64,000 bases of DNA from an uncultured Planctomycetota bacterium (lineage in GTDB: Bacteria; Planctomycetota; Planctomycetia; Isosphaerales; Isosphaeraceae). The stretch is from contig CAVTTN010000002.1 in NCBI GenBank assembly GCA_963737655.1, positions 4,320,001-4,384,000 on the forward strand. The letters are read 5' to 3'. A model generated the notes under the pieces. It ran no database searches. It was not told the DNA's origin and was given only the letters and a program-made list of their open reading frames with translations. The position numbers and the translations under genes were made by a program. Shown here in pieces: positions 30,725 to 41,977 of the stretch (positions within the stretch are counted from its first letter, which is position 1; every line of letters begins with the position of its first letter).

Positions 30725-32575
30725 ATGAAAACGGGTCTGGCCGGCCTCCTGGCCCTGGCGGCGATCGGCGGGACGTCCCTCGCGGCCGACGATCCCAGCC
30801 GGATCGATGTTCACTCCTTCAGCACCCCGGGCCAGGTCCGGGTGACCCATATTCAGCTCGACCTGACGGTCGACTTCGCGAAGAAGGAACTCTCGGGCAC
30901 GGCCATCCTCAACTTTACCCGCCCTCCCGGAGCTCCGAAGGACGCCCCGCTGATCCTGGACACCCGCGGGCTGACGATCGAGAGCGTCGACAACGGTTTC
31001 GGCGATCCCCATCTCCAGCGCCTCCTGAAATACACCCTCGGCAAGCCCGACCCGATCCTCGGATCTCCCCTGACGATCACCGTCGATGATGACTCCGGCC
31101 AGGTCCGTATCGCCTACAAGACCTCGCCGAAGGCCAGCGCCCTCCAGTGGCTCGACGCCCCCCGGACCGCCGGCAAGAAGCACCCGTTCCTGTTCAGCCA
31201 GTCCGAGGCGATCCACGCCCGATCGTGGATTCCTTGCCAGGACTCGCCCGCGGTTCGCGTCACGTACGACGCCACGATCCGGGTGCCCGAGGGCCTGGCC
31301 GCCGTGATGGCCGCCGACCGCGAAGGCCAGCAGGGCTCCGCCACCAGGTTCGCCATGAAGGAGCCGATCCCTTCGTACCTGATCGCCCTGGCCGTCGGCG
31401 ACCTCGTCTTCAAGCCCCTGGGCAAGCGCACCGGCGTGTGGGCCGAGCCCTCGGTCGTCACCGCCGCCGCCTCCGAGTTCGCCGACACCGAGAAGATGGT
31501 CGAGGCCGCCGAAACGATCGCCGGGCCGTACCGATGGGGCCGCTATGACATCCTCGTCCTCCCCCCGAGCTTCCCGTTCGGCGGGATGGAGAACCCCAAG
31601 CTCACGTTCGCCACGCCCACGGTGCTCGCCGGGGACAAATCGCTCGTGAGCCTGATCGCCCACGAACTCGCCCATTCCTGGTCCGGCAACCTCGTGACCA
31701 ACGCCACCTGGCGCGATTTCTGGCTGAACGAGGGCTTCACGACCTACCTGGAACGGAGGATCGTCGAGGCGCTCTACGGGAAGGACCGCGCGGCGATGGA
31801 GGGCGTCCTCGGCAAGCAGGAACTCCGCGCCGAGATCGACAAGTTCCCGGCGAAGGACGAGATCCTCCACATCGACCTCAAGGGCCGCGACCCGGACGAG
31901 GGCATGACCCGCGTCCCCTACGAGAAAGGTGCCCTGTTCCTTCAAACCGTCGAGAATCTCGTCGGCCGGGAGCGGTTCGACGCCTTCCTCCGAGGCTACT
32001 TCGACCACTTCGCCTTCCGGAGCATCACCACCGGCGACTTCGAGAAATATTTGCGCGAAAAGCTGTTCCCCAAGGAGGGCCGCGAGCCGATCGACCTCCA
32101 CGCCTGGCTCCAGGAAGCGGGCCTCCCGCCCGATTGCCCCGAACCGAAGAGCGAGCGGTTCGGCGAGCTCGATGCCCTGGCGACGAAGTGGTCGGAGAAG
32201 GCGATCACGGCGAGGGACCTCAAGGCCGAGAACTGGTCCACGCTCGAATGGCTCCACTTCCTCCGGGCCCTGCCGAAGAAGGTGCCGGCCGACCGGATGA
32301 CCGAGCTGGACAACGCCTATGACCTCACCGGCCGGGGCAACGCCGAGATCGCCGAGCAGTGGCTCCTGCTGGCGATCCGCAACAATTACCGGCCGGCCGA
32401 CGCCCGGCTCGAAGGGTTCCTCACCTCGATCGGCCGTCGCAAGTTCCTCACGCCCCTCTATGCCGAGCTGCTCAAGGCCCCCGACGGCAAGGCCCGGGCC
32501 CGGGCTATCTACGCCCGCGCCCGGCCCTCCTACCATCCGATCGCCGTCGATACGCTGGATAAATTGCTCAAGTGA
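30725..32575 (+). CDS. M1 aminopeptidase (leukotriene A4 hydrolase-like), secreted
   Basis: FGGMENP, HELAH, WLNEG, YEKG. Confidence 0.95.
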   Translation: MKTGLAGLLALAAIGGTSLAADDPSRIDVHSFSTPGQVRVTHIQLDLTVDFAKKELSGTAILNFTRPPGAPKDAPLILDTRGLTIESVDNGFGDPHLQRLLKYTLGKPDPILGSPLTITVDDDSGQVRIAYKTSPKASALQWLDAPRTAGKKHPFLFSQSEAIHARSWIPCQDSPAVRVTYDATIRVPEGLAAVMAADREGQQGSATRFAMKEPIPSYLIALAVGDLVFKPLGKRTGVWAEPSVVTAAASEFADTEKMVEAAETIAGPYRWGRYDILVLPPSFPFGGMENPKLTFATPTVLAGDKSLVSLIAHELAHSWSGNLVTNATWRDFWLNEGFTTYLERRIVEALYGKDRAAMEGVLGKQELRAEIDKFPAKDEILHIDLKGRDPDEGMTRVPYEKGALFLQTVENLVGRERFDAFLRGYFDHFAFRSITTGDFEKYLREKLFPKEGREPIDLHAWLQEAGLPPDCPEPKSERFGELDALATKWSEKAITARDLKAENWSTLEWLHFLRALPKKVPADRMTELDNAYDLTGRGNAEIAEQWLLLAIRNNYRPADARLEGFLTSIGRRKFLTPLYAELLKAPDGKARARAIYARARPSYHPIAVDTLDKLLK

Positions 32576-32590
32576 TCGCGTCTTCCCCGA

Positions 32591-34262
32591 TCACCTCTCG
32601 AACGAATCGAACCGATCTCGCCGGACCCACAGCCCCGCGAGCGAGCTCGATTGGAGATACCCTCGCCGAAGGAACGTCAGGAGCCCCGGGAACGGCTTCT
32701 GGCCGAGGAAGACGAGGTCGGGCGGTCGGGCTCCCAGATCGCGGACGATCCGCTCGGTCCTCGGCCGGATCAGGGGGTGAGAGGTCCCCGCGAAGGCGGT
32801 CAGGAGCGGGTCGGCGAAGACGTGAGGCGTGACGGAGTCGAGGCCCGAGTAAAAATACAGGGGACTTTGCCACCCCCAGACATAGAGATGCGCCTCGTCC
32901 CAGCCCCGCGTCTTCCGCCGGAGTCTCCAGGCCGATCCTCTTCTGGGTGATCCACTGGGCCCCGCCCTTGTCTCTCGCGGTCAATTCCTCCGGCGACACG
33001 CACAGGTACTCGCGGACCTGGATGACCGTCGTGGCGATCGTCGAGCCGACGAGGACGAGGGCGGCGAGCCCGGGCAAGACCGCGACGCTCCGGCCGGGTT
33101 CGGGCCCTCCGCCCGCCCACCGGACGAGGAATCGGACCCGGGAGCCCCGCATCGCCGAGCCGGTCGCGATCCCCACGAGCAACGCCGAGGGGGGGACCGC
33201 GAGCAAGTAATAATGCTGCCAGAACAGCCGGGGCATCGCCACCTGGACCCAGGCCGAGACGGCCCACGCGGCGACCAACCGGCGGCGGGCGTCCCCTCGG
33301 GAGATCGCGGCCCAGAGCAGGGCCGGGACCGACACGCCCCACGACGGCCACGCGCCGGCCGCCCACCACGCCCGGCCCAGGGTCCGGCCGAATGGCCAGG
33401 GCAGACGCCCCTCGGGGTCGGTGTTGCCGACCACGAACCGGACGAGGAACGGGTATTCCTTCGGCTCGGGCGGGGTGTCGGTCGCCAGGGCCCCGCCATA
33501 CCTCACGATGTCGTCGAGGGCGGCCGGCCCGGCCCCCTGCGCAACCAGGGCCCCGAGCGAGACCAGCCACGGCACGGCGAAACCGACGAGCAAGGCGAGC
33601 GAGTCCATCAGGATCACCGTCGGTCGTCCCCGGCCGCGGATCGCGATCGCGCCAAGCCCGACGACCAGGGAGGCCGCCCCCACCTGCTTCACCAGGCTCG
33701 CCGCCGCGAGGGACGCCCCCGCCAGGACCAGCCATCGTCTCGGCCCGCCGGGCCACCACGCGACGAGGCAGGCCAGCCCGGCGGTGGCGAACAGGTTGAG
33801 GAAGTGCTCCATGTTCGCGCCGTTTCCGTAAACAAACGGGTCGGTGCTCATCAGAACATACAGGAAGGCGGCCACGAACGCCGAGGGCGAGCCGGACAGC
33901 CTCCGGGCGATCCACCAAATCAGGGTCGCCGTCAGGAGGACCATCGGCACGGGCATCAGCCGGATCGTCGTCTCGGTGGCGCCCCCGATCGCCTCGGCGA
34001 GCGAGTAGATCCAGTACCCGAGCGGCGGCTTGTTCTCGGTCAGGTCGCGATAGAGGACGTCGCCCCGGACGATTCGCTTCCCGATGTATCCATAAATGCA
34101 TTCATCGCAATCAAGAGGCTCGGCGGCCCCGGCGACGACCGGCCAGAGACGGAGGCCGAGGCGGCTTTCCACCGTCGGGCCGATCGTGTGGCACCGCCAC
34201 CAGAGGGCGAACGCCAGGACGAGAAGAAGGCCGGCGACGCCCGGCCATCGCCGGGGCGTCAT
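32591..34262 (-). CDS. ArnT/GT39-like membrane glycosyltransferase, indel near 32924
   Basis: DE dyad (LDCDEC), ENKPPL, LVKQ; the shifted frame gives YVWGWQSPLYFYS... ending at 32591. Confidence 0.8.
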
Positions 34263-36138
34263 GACGGCCCCCGGCCGAGGCGATAGAGCGTGACCGGATA
34301 TTCGAACGGCGACGGGCCCGGCGAGGAGTACAGCGCGCGATCGGCGGTCAGGCCGATCCGCCGCCGGATCGCCGCGAGGTTCGGCCCCCAGAGCTCGGGA
34401 TCGACCTCGGGCGGCGGTTCGAGCGACCCCCACAACACGTGGGTCACCCCGTACTGACGGACCGTCTGATCGAGATAGAACGGCATGAGGCTTCGATTCA
34501 TGAGGATCGTCGTCCGGCGGCTCGCCAGGCGGAATTCCCAGGGGAACCAGGTCATGATCCGCGAGTCCGGCGGCACCTCCACCGGGTGCTCGCGGACCCA
34601 CTCGCCCGCCTTCATGAGCGCCGGCCAGTGGAGCTGATACGACTTGCCGAGCCACGTGAAATCATACGACCATGACGGGTCCGCCCACAGGAGGGCCACC
34701 AGCGACGCCGCCAGCAACGGCCGGGCCCCGGACCCCGTCCGCGACCCCAGCCAGGAGGCCAGCCCGGCGACGCACGGCGGCACCATCAGCACGAACACCG
34801 GCAGATAATACCGACCGAGCTGCGCCACCTGCGTGACGTCGGCGATGTTGGCGAGCGTCGCGGCGACGAACGCGAGCGCGACGAACGCGGAGGCGCGGTC
34901 CCAGGCGCGGCCGTCGTCGGCCTTCGCAACCAGGCGACGGAAGAAGCCGGCGATCAGGGGCAAGCCGACGATCATCGTCGAGGTCACGACCACGATCACC
35001 AGCGATTTGGTCTTCACGCGAACGATCGCGGGCATGTTTCGCGCGTGTAGAAGGCCTTCGCCGTCGTGTTCCCATGATCGTTATGATGGACCGTCCACGA
35101 GAAGTTGTATTGAAAGAACTTGGTGTACGTGTAGAACGGCTCCCCATATTCGCGATACGTCATCCAGGCCCACGGAGCGATCACGGCGCAGGTGACGACC
35201 CCCCAGAGGAGCATCGGCCCGACCCTCCTCCTCCCCCCCGCGAACAGGCCGTAAAGCCCCGCGGCGGCGGCCATCGCCATCGCGGTATTCCTGGACAGGA
35301 CGGCCAGGCCGGTGAACACGCCCGCCGCCACGGCCCAGGCCCACCTCGCCCTGCCGTCGGCCGCCCAGAGCTCCGCGAGGCACCCGAACGCGACGAGCGA
35401 GGTGAGCGCGACGAGGCTCTCCCGCAGCTCGAACCCCGCGTAAATCGCATGGACCGGGAGGACCGCGAGGACCGCCATCGATCCGAGGGCCACCCCCTCG
35501 CCGTACCTCCGTCGCGCGAAGACATACAAAATCGGCAACGTGACCAGATTCAAGACAAACGACAGGCCCTTCGGGACGGCGAACGTCGATTCCAGAGAGT
35601 CGCCGGGCACGACGCCGACCATCCGATAGGCCCCGGCCAGCAGGTAGGGGAACAGCGGGGTGGACCAGTCGTCGAGCACCCCTCGATTCTCTCGGATGGC
35701 CGGATAGTCGGCGAAATAGCTCTCGACGTAGTGCTTCACCGGCCCCTCCCCCTGGAGGATCGAGGAAGCGATCTCGACATAATGGCAACTGTCGCCGGGG
35801 ACGAGCGGCAGGTTGCTCCCGGCCGTCCAGATCGCCGCCCGGATGGCGTAGCCCACCACGAACACCGCCCACCCTCGCCGGCCGTGAGACGAGAGGAACG
35901 GGGAGACGATCAACCCGATCGCCGCGATCGCGAGGAAGACCGCCCCGTGCATCCGAAAGAGGGCGAGCTGCGACGGCTCCCGCAATCGAGCCAGCGCCGA
36001 CTGCTCGTAGAACAGCATCGCCACGGCCCGGAAGGCCGGGGCGGCGATGCCCCGGGAGCGGTCGAGCGCGACCAGGCCGGCGAGTCCGGCCGCGATCGCC
36101 AGGCCCGCGACGACCCTCCGCCCGTCGCCGCGGGTCAT
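34259..36138 (-). CDS. GT39/ArnT-like membrane glycosyltransferase, indel near 35039
   Basis: GDSCHYVEIA, PLFPYLLA, LRESL, GRYYLP; ATGA overlap with the downstream gene. Confidence 0.78.
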
Positions 36139-36169
36139 CGCGGACCGTCCCCTTCGCCGCCGGTCCCGA

Positions 36170-37858
36170 TCATTTCTCGGCCTTCTTCATCATGGCCTCG
36201 CGACGGCCGCGGAACTCGTTGCCCGGCTTCCATTCGGGGAGGCTCGGGGAGCGGGCCACGATGTCGCCGACCTCGAGGAGCAGCCGAGCATCCTGGACGG
36301 CCCCGGAGAGGTCCCAGTCCGGCTTCACCTCGTCGGTGACCTTGTGATAGTCGTTCGCCGTGTACTCGGCCCGCTTCTTCGCGCCGAACTCGGGCGACTT
36401 GCCCACGAACAGCGTACCGCCCTTGGCGTTGAGCGCGGGCACGCCCTTCTTGGCGAACTCGAAGTGGTCGGAGCGGTAATAGGCCCCTTTCTCCGGCTCG
36501 GTGTCGCCGCCAACGGATCGATGGGATCGCGCCGCGACCGATTCCAGGACGTCATCCAGCGAGGACGACCCCTTGCCCACGCTCGTGACGTCGGCGGTGC
36601 GGCCCCAGAGGTTGATCACGTCCATGTTGATGTCGGCGAGCGTCTTGTCGAGGGGATAGAGCGGGTGGTCGGCGTAGTGCTTCGCCCCCAGGAGGCCCTT
36701 CTCCTCGGCCGTCACGCAGAGGAACAGGATCGACCGCGGGGGGCGGGCCGACAGCCGGGCGAACCCCTCGGCGATCTCCAGGAGCATGGCCACGCCCGAG
36801 GCGTTGTCGGCCGCCCCGTTGAAGATCTGGTCCCCCTTCAGGGTCTCGTCCTTGCCCAGGTGGTCCCAGTGGGCCGTGTACACCACATACTCGTTCTTGA
36901 GCTTCGGGTCGGTGCCTTCCAGCTTCGCGACCACGTTCTTGGAATCGACGCGCCGGAGCGTGTTCTTCGCCGTGAATGACGCCTTCGCCTTCAGGTCCAC
37001 GGGGCGGAAGTCCTTCGAGGTCGCCTTCTTCTTCAGGTCGTCGAAATCCTGGCCGGCGTCCTGCAAGAGGCTCCTTCGCGATTCAGGGAGATCCACGCCT
37101 CGATGGCGGGCCGGGACTTGTTGCCGTCGGGCGCGGGGATGTCGAAATTCTCGCGGCCCCAGCTGCCGACGACGACCTGATAGGGGTAGCCCGCCGGGCC
37201 CGTCTCGTGGACGAGGATCGCGGCGGCGGCGCCTTTCTCGGTGGCGATCTCATACTTGTACGTCCACCGGCCGTAATACGTCATCGCCCGGCCCTTGAAC
37301 ATCGCGTCGTCCAGCTTCGACGGGTCGGTCGGGTCGGGCACGGCCGGGTCGTTCACGAGCATGACGATCGTCTTGCCCTTCACGTCCACGTCCTTGTAAT
37401 CGTCCCAGCCGTACTCCGGGGCGACCACTCCGTAGCCCACGAACACGACGTCCGAATCCTCGACCTTCACGTCGGCCGCGTCGTGGCGGGAGACGGCCAC
37501 CCAGTCGTCGAACGACTTGAGGGGGATCGTCTTGCCGCCGACGGCGATCGAGCCCCTCGGCGGAGGTCTTGAAGCCGACGAGCGGGACGTTCTGGACGTA
37601 GGTCCCGTCGGGGTTGCCCGGCTTGAGGTTCATCCGGCGGAACTGCTCGATCAGGTAGGAGACGGTCCGTTCTTCGCCGGGAGACCCGGGCGCCCTCCCT
37701 TCGTAGGCGTCGGAGGCGAGCACCTGGATGTGGCGGAGCATCTCGGAGGCGTCGATGCTGTTGAGGGCCTGCGAGAGATCCGGCGCCGAGAACCCGGCGC
37801 CGAGGATCCACGGGGTGATGGCGAGCAGCCCGGCGAGCCGGATCGTCCTGAGATTCAT
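36170..37858 (-). CDS. M28 family metallopeptidase with PA domain, indels near 37555 and 37075
   Basis: [50 protein letters not shown] over three frames. Confidence 0.88.
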
Positions 37859-38001
37859 CGTCGCCTCGAAGGGTGCGGTCGGGGGAAGCGAAGGGCGGAC
37901 CCTCCCGGACGGCGATCATACGCGAGAGGTCCGACGGAGGCGACGGGTCGCCGATCGGGATTCGGGAGGCCCAGGACGGCGAACGAAACGTCGAGGGGCG
38001 C

Positions 38002-38334
38002 TCAGCCCCCGATCATCGGCGGGAAGTACCTCTGGTTGGGGGCGAGAGGCACGGGATGGTACATCGGCGCGGCCGGGACGGAATAGCCGCTCGGCACCGG
38101 CGAGGCGTAGCCGCCGGTCCCCGGCGCGGCGTAATAGCGTCCGGGTTGCGTCGTCCAGGTCGGCCGGGCCGGATAGGTGTAGGGTCGGGAGTAGGTCGGG
38201 TAGGCCGTGCGCCCCCGGAAGAATCGACGGCCGATCCCGGCTTCGGCCGATCCGGCCAGGAGCGATCCGCCGAGCAGCCACAGGGCGGCGAGGCCGGCGA
38301 TTCGCCGTTGACGGCGGACTTGCGAGGCGTCCAT
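38002..38334 (-). CDS. Small secreted Tyr/Pro-rich hypothetical protein
   Basis: Signal peptide ending AEA; low-complexity Y/P/T mature part. Confidence 0.55.
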   Translation of the reverse strand: MDASQVRRQRRIAGLAALWLLGGSLLAGSAEAGIGRRFFRGRTAYPTYSRPYTYPARPTWTTQPGRYYAAPGTGGYASPVPSGYSVPAAPMYHPVPLAPNQRYFPPMIGG

Positions 38335-38500
38335 GAGCGGGGTCCTGTTGGTGGGAGAGGAGGCGTCCACTCTATCAAGGGAGGCAAACGACGGGCCGGG
38401 CCCGCGATCGGCGGTTCGCCGGAATCCGGCCGCTGACCGCCGGGCCGCGAACGTCTATAATACCCCGACGCCCCTCGCCGGAGTGAGGAGAGACCCGCTG

Positions 38501-39844
38501 GTGACGCCCCCCTTCGGGACGACCGACACGCCATCGTGCGAGCCCGCCACCGAGTCGATCGTGGTCCGCATCCGCTGGCTCGGGATCGGGATGGGATACG
38601 TCCTGGCCCTGTCGCGGTCCGGCCTCCACGACCGATCGGCCGTCTGCGCGTTCCTCGCGCTCGGCGCCGGCTTCGCCGCCCTGGACACCGCGTTCCACCG
38701 GATGGGCGAGGTCTTCCTCCGCCGCTGGCCCCTGTTCGTCGGGTCGATGGAGGCCACCTTCATCGCCCTGCTCTGCTACCACGACACGGGCATGGAGAGC
38801 CCGTTCCGCTGGTATTACCTGCTCTCCTTGATCTGCTGCGCGTTCCGCTACCGGAGGGCCGTGGCCTGGATCACGTTCGGGTTGCACTGCCTGAGCTTGC
38901 TGGTGCTGTTCCTGGTCCTGGAGCCGTCGCGATCGGCCGGCGGGGCGATGCCGTTGACCATCGCCATCCTCGCGTGGGTCACCTGGGCGAGCTCGGCGAT
39001 GGCCGGGCTCCTGAAGGCCACCGGAGCGAGGCTCGCGCAGGCGAACGCCGATCTCGAACTCCAGAGCGCCGAGCTGGAACGCCGGGTCGCCGAGCGGTCC
39101 GAGGCCCTCAGGGCGAGCCAGGCCCGCGTGATCCATCAGGAGAAGATGGCCGCCTTCGGCCTGCTCGCCGCCGGGATCGCCCACGAGGTCGGCAACCCTC
39201 TGGCCGCCCTGAGCTCGATCGTCCAGATCCTCCAGAGGAGGCACCCGGACGAGTACATGGCCGAGAAGCTCGACCTGGCGGACCGGCAGCTCGGCCGCAT
39301 CCAGAGGACGATCCGCGAGCTCGTCGAGTTCGCCCGCCCCGCCTCGCCGGTCCCGGGCAAGGTCCGCGTGGGCGAGGTCGTCGAGGAGGTCCTGGCCGTC
39401 GCCAAGTACTATTACCGGACCGGCGACCGCGCCTTTTCCGTGGAGATCGCCGAGGACCTCCCGCCGATCCTCGCGCCCCGAGACCACCTGTTGCAGGTCG
39501 TCCTGAACCTGGTGTTCAACGCGATCGACGCCACCGCCAGGGGAGGGCGGATCGGCGTCTCGGCGGCGGTCGTCGGCGACGCGATCGAACTCTCGGTCAC
39601 CGACGACGGCCGGGGGATCGCCGAGGCCGACCGCGCCCGCCTCTTCCAGCCGTACTTCACCACCAAGCGCCAGGGGACGGGACTGGGGCTCTACGTGAGT
39701 CGCAAGATCGTCCACGAGCTTCGCGGCTCGATCGCCTGCCGGTCCGAGCCGGGCGAAGGGGCGACGTTCACCGTCGTCCTGCCCGTCGAGACGGCCCCCG
39801 AACCGTGGCCTTCGCCGCCGGCGCTGGCGGGGGCGTCGTCATGA
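38501..39844 (+). CDS. Membrane sensor histidine kinase (NtrB-like); start uncertain
   Basis: TM helices, AHEVGNPL H-box, NLVFNAIDA, DDGRGI, GTGLGL. Confidence 0.92.
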   Translation: MTPPFGTTDTPSCEPATESIVVRIRWLGIGMGYVLALSRSGLHDRSAVCAFLALGAGFAALDTAFHRMGEVFLRRWPLFVGSMEATFIALLCYHDTGMESPFRWYYLLSLICCAFRYRRAVAWITFGLHCLSLLVLFLVLEPSRSAGGAMPLTIAILAWVTWASSAMAGLLKATGARLAQANADLELQSAELERRVAERSEALRASQARVIHQEKMAAFGLLAAGIAHEVGNPLAALSSIVQILQRRHPDEYMAEKLDLADRQLGRIQRTIRELVEFARPASPVPGKVRVGEVVEEVLAVAKYYYRTGDRAFSVEIAEDLPPILAPRDHLLQVVLNLVFNAIDATARGGRIGVSAAVVGDAIELSVTDDGRGIAEADRARLFQPYFTTKRQGTGLGLYVSRKIVHELRGSIACRSEPGEGATFTVVLPVETAPEPWPSPPALAGASS

Positions 39845-41267
39845 GCCGCCGGGCGGACCCGGCCTCGGCCTCGGCCCGAGGGCGCATCCTGGTGGTCGAT
39901 GATGAGGATGTGATCGCGCAAACGCTTCAGGAATTCCTCCAGGCCGAGGGGTTCGAGGTCGGCGTGGCCGGGACCGCCGCCTCGGCCCTGGCCCTGGTCG
40001 AGACGTTCGAGCCCGACGTGGCCCTGTGCGACGTCCAGTTGCCCGGCGCCGACGGCCTGGAATTGCTCGACCGCCTGCTCCAGGTCCGGCCCGAGACGCT
40101 CGTCCTGATGATCACGGCGTATGCGACCGTCGAGAACGCCGTGGCCGCGTTCCGTCGGGGGGCACACGACTACCTGATGAAGCCGGTCCTGTTCGACGAG
40201 CTCCTGACGAAGATCGACCGGCTGATCTCCTTCCGCCGCCTCCTCCGAGAGAACCAGGCGTTGCGCCGACAGCTCCACGCCGACTTCGGACCCGACGCCC
40301 TGATCGGCCAGAGCGCCGCGATGCAGGCCGTCAAGACCCTGATCCGCAAGGTCGGCCCGACCCGCTCGAACGTCCTGATCACCGGAGAATCCGGCACCGG
40401 CAAGGAGCTGGTGGCCCGTGCGTTGCACGCCACGGGCCGGGAGCCGGACGCCCCGTTCCTGGCGATCAACTGCGCGGCGATCCCGAACGATTTGCTCGAA
40501 AACCAGCTCTTCGGCCACGTCCGGGCGCGTTCACCGGGGCCGACCGCGACCATCTGGGCCTGTTCGTCGCGGCGGGGACGGGCACGGTGTTCCTCGACGA
40601 GATCGGCGATTTGCCCCTGGCGACCCAGGCCAAGCTGCTCCGGGCCATCGAGAACAAGGAGGTCCTGGCCGTCGGCGCCACCAAGCCCTCCAGCGTGGCG
40701 GCGAGGGTCGTCGCCGCGACGAACAAGGACCTCCCCTCGGAGGTCGCCGCCGGGCGGTTCCGCGCCGACCTGTTCTACCGACTCGACGTGGTCGCCATCC
40801 GCACGCCGCCGCTTCGGGACCGCCCGGAAGACATCCCCGAACTGGTCTCGGCCCTCCTGGCCCGTCATGCGAGGTCGCTCGGCAAACGGGTCGATGGGGT
40901 GGACAACGCGACGATCCGCCGGTTGATGACCGCGCCCTGGAAGGGGAACGTCCGCGAGCTGGATAACGCCCTGGAACGCGCCGTGATCCTGGCCGACGGG
41001 CCGATCCTGACGCCCGCCGACTTCCCCGGAGACCTCATGGGCGAGGCCCCGGGGCCGGGCTCCGAATCCGGCGACGACCTGCGATCGGCCCTGGCCCTGG
41101 CCGAGCGCCGCCACATCCGCCGGGTGCTCTCGCAGTGCGGAGGGGACAAGCGCGAGGCGGCCCGGAGGCTCGGCCTGGGGCTTTCGTCGCTCTATCGGAA
41201 GCTGGAAGACGACCCGTCCGCCCCGGCCTCGTCGCCGTCGCCGCCCTCTCCCCTGGGGGGTGGCTGA
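39841..41267 (+). CDS. Sigma54-dependent NtrC-family response regulator, missing G near 40524
   Basis: Receiver domain, GESGTGKE, repaired GHVRGAFTGA, LDEIGD, WKGNVREL, Fis HTH. Confidence 0.92.
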
Positions 41268-41857
41268 TGCGGTGCGCCCGCTGCGACCGGATCATCAGCC
41301 GCGAGACCCTGGCCCGCGACGGGGACGGCCACCTCGTCTTCGGATGGTGCGCCGAGTGCCTCCGGCGCGAGGGATGCGAGCCGGTGGAGGTCGAGCCGGC
41401 CTCCCTGACGGTTCATGAACGCGTTTCGATTCGACGGAAGGCCCGGCGGTTCATCCGCACGATCCGCCGACCGAGGCCGATCGCGACGAGCCGACGGCTG
41501 GCGGCGATGGGCGTCTCGGGCCTGATGGCCGCCTGGGCCCTGGTCCTCGCGTTCGTCGGCGGACTGAAGCTCACCTCGCCGGGAGACGGCATGGGGCCGA
41601 CCCTCCTGATCGGCTCGGGCCTGATGGCGATCGTCAGCCTGACCTTCTGGATCGCCCTGATCGGCCGGATCGACCGGAGGCGGACGCTCCTGAAGATCGT
41701 CCAGGTCGCCGCCTCGATCGCGGCGTTCGGCACGCTGGCCTGGGGGATCGTCCACCACGACCCGAGGAAAGACCCGCTGATCGTCGGGGTCGCCGCCGGG
41801 GCCCTGGCCCTCTCCTGGGCCGCCCGCAAGTACGAGCGCCGCAAGGTCGTCGTGTAA
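41267..41857 (+). CDS. Hypothetical membrane protein with N-terminal CxxC..CxxC motif
   Basis: TGATG coupling to the regulator; CARC and CAEC; about 4 TM helices. Confidence 0.7.
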   Translation: MRCARCDRIISRETLARDGDGHLVFGWCAECLRREGCEPVEVEPASLTVHERVSIRRKARRFIRTIRRPRPIATSRRLAAMGVSGLMAAWALVLAFVGGLKLTSPGDGMGPTLLIGSGLMAIVSLTFWIALIGRIDRRRTLLKIVQVAASIAAFGTLAWGIVHHDPRKDPLIVGVAAGALALSWAARKYERRKVVV

Positions 41858-41977
41858 GAGGCCTCGTCCGGGTTCCCCAGGGCGGCGGCTTCGGCCATAA
41901 TGAGGCGATCGCGAGGCGACCGCGGGCCCTCTCCCGGCCGAGTTCCTCGCGATGGCCCTTCTGGCGAGGCCCCGACC

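Noticed and set aside
40515..40535. Programmed frameshift or phase variation at the GAFTGA motif of the NtrC gene
   Set aside because: One missing G in a short run, the same as the many other likely sequencing indels.
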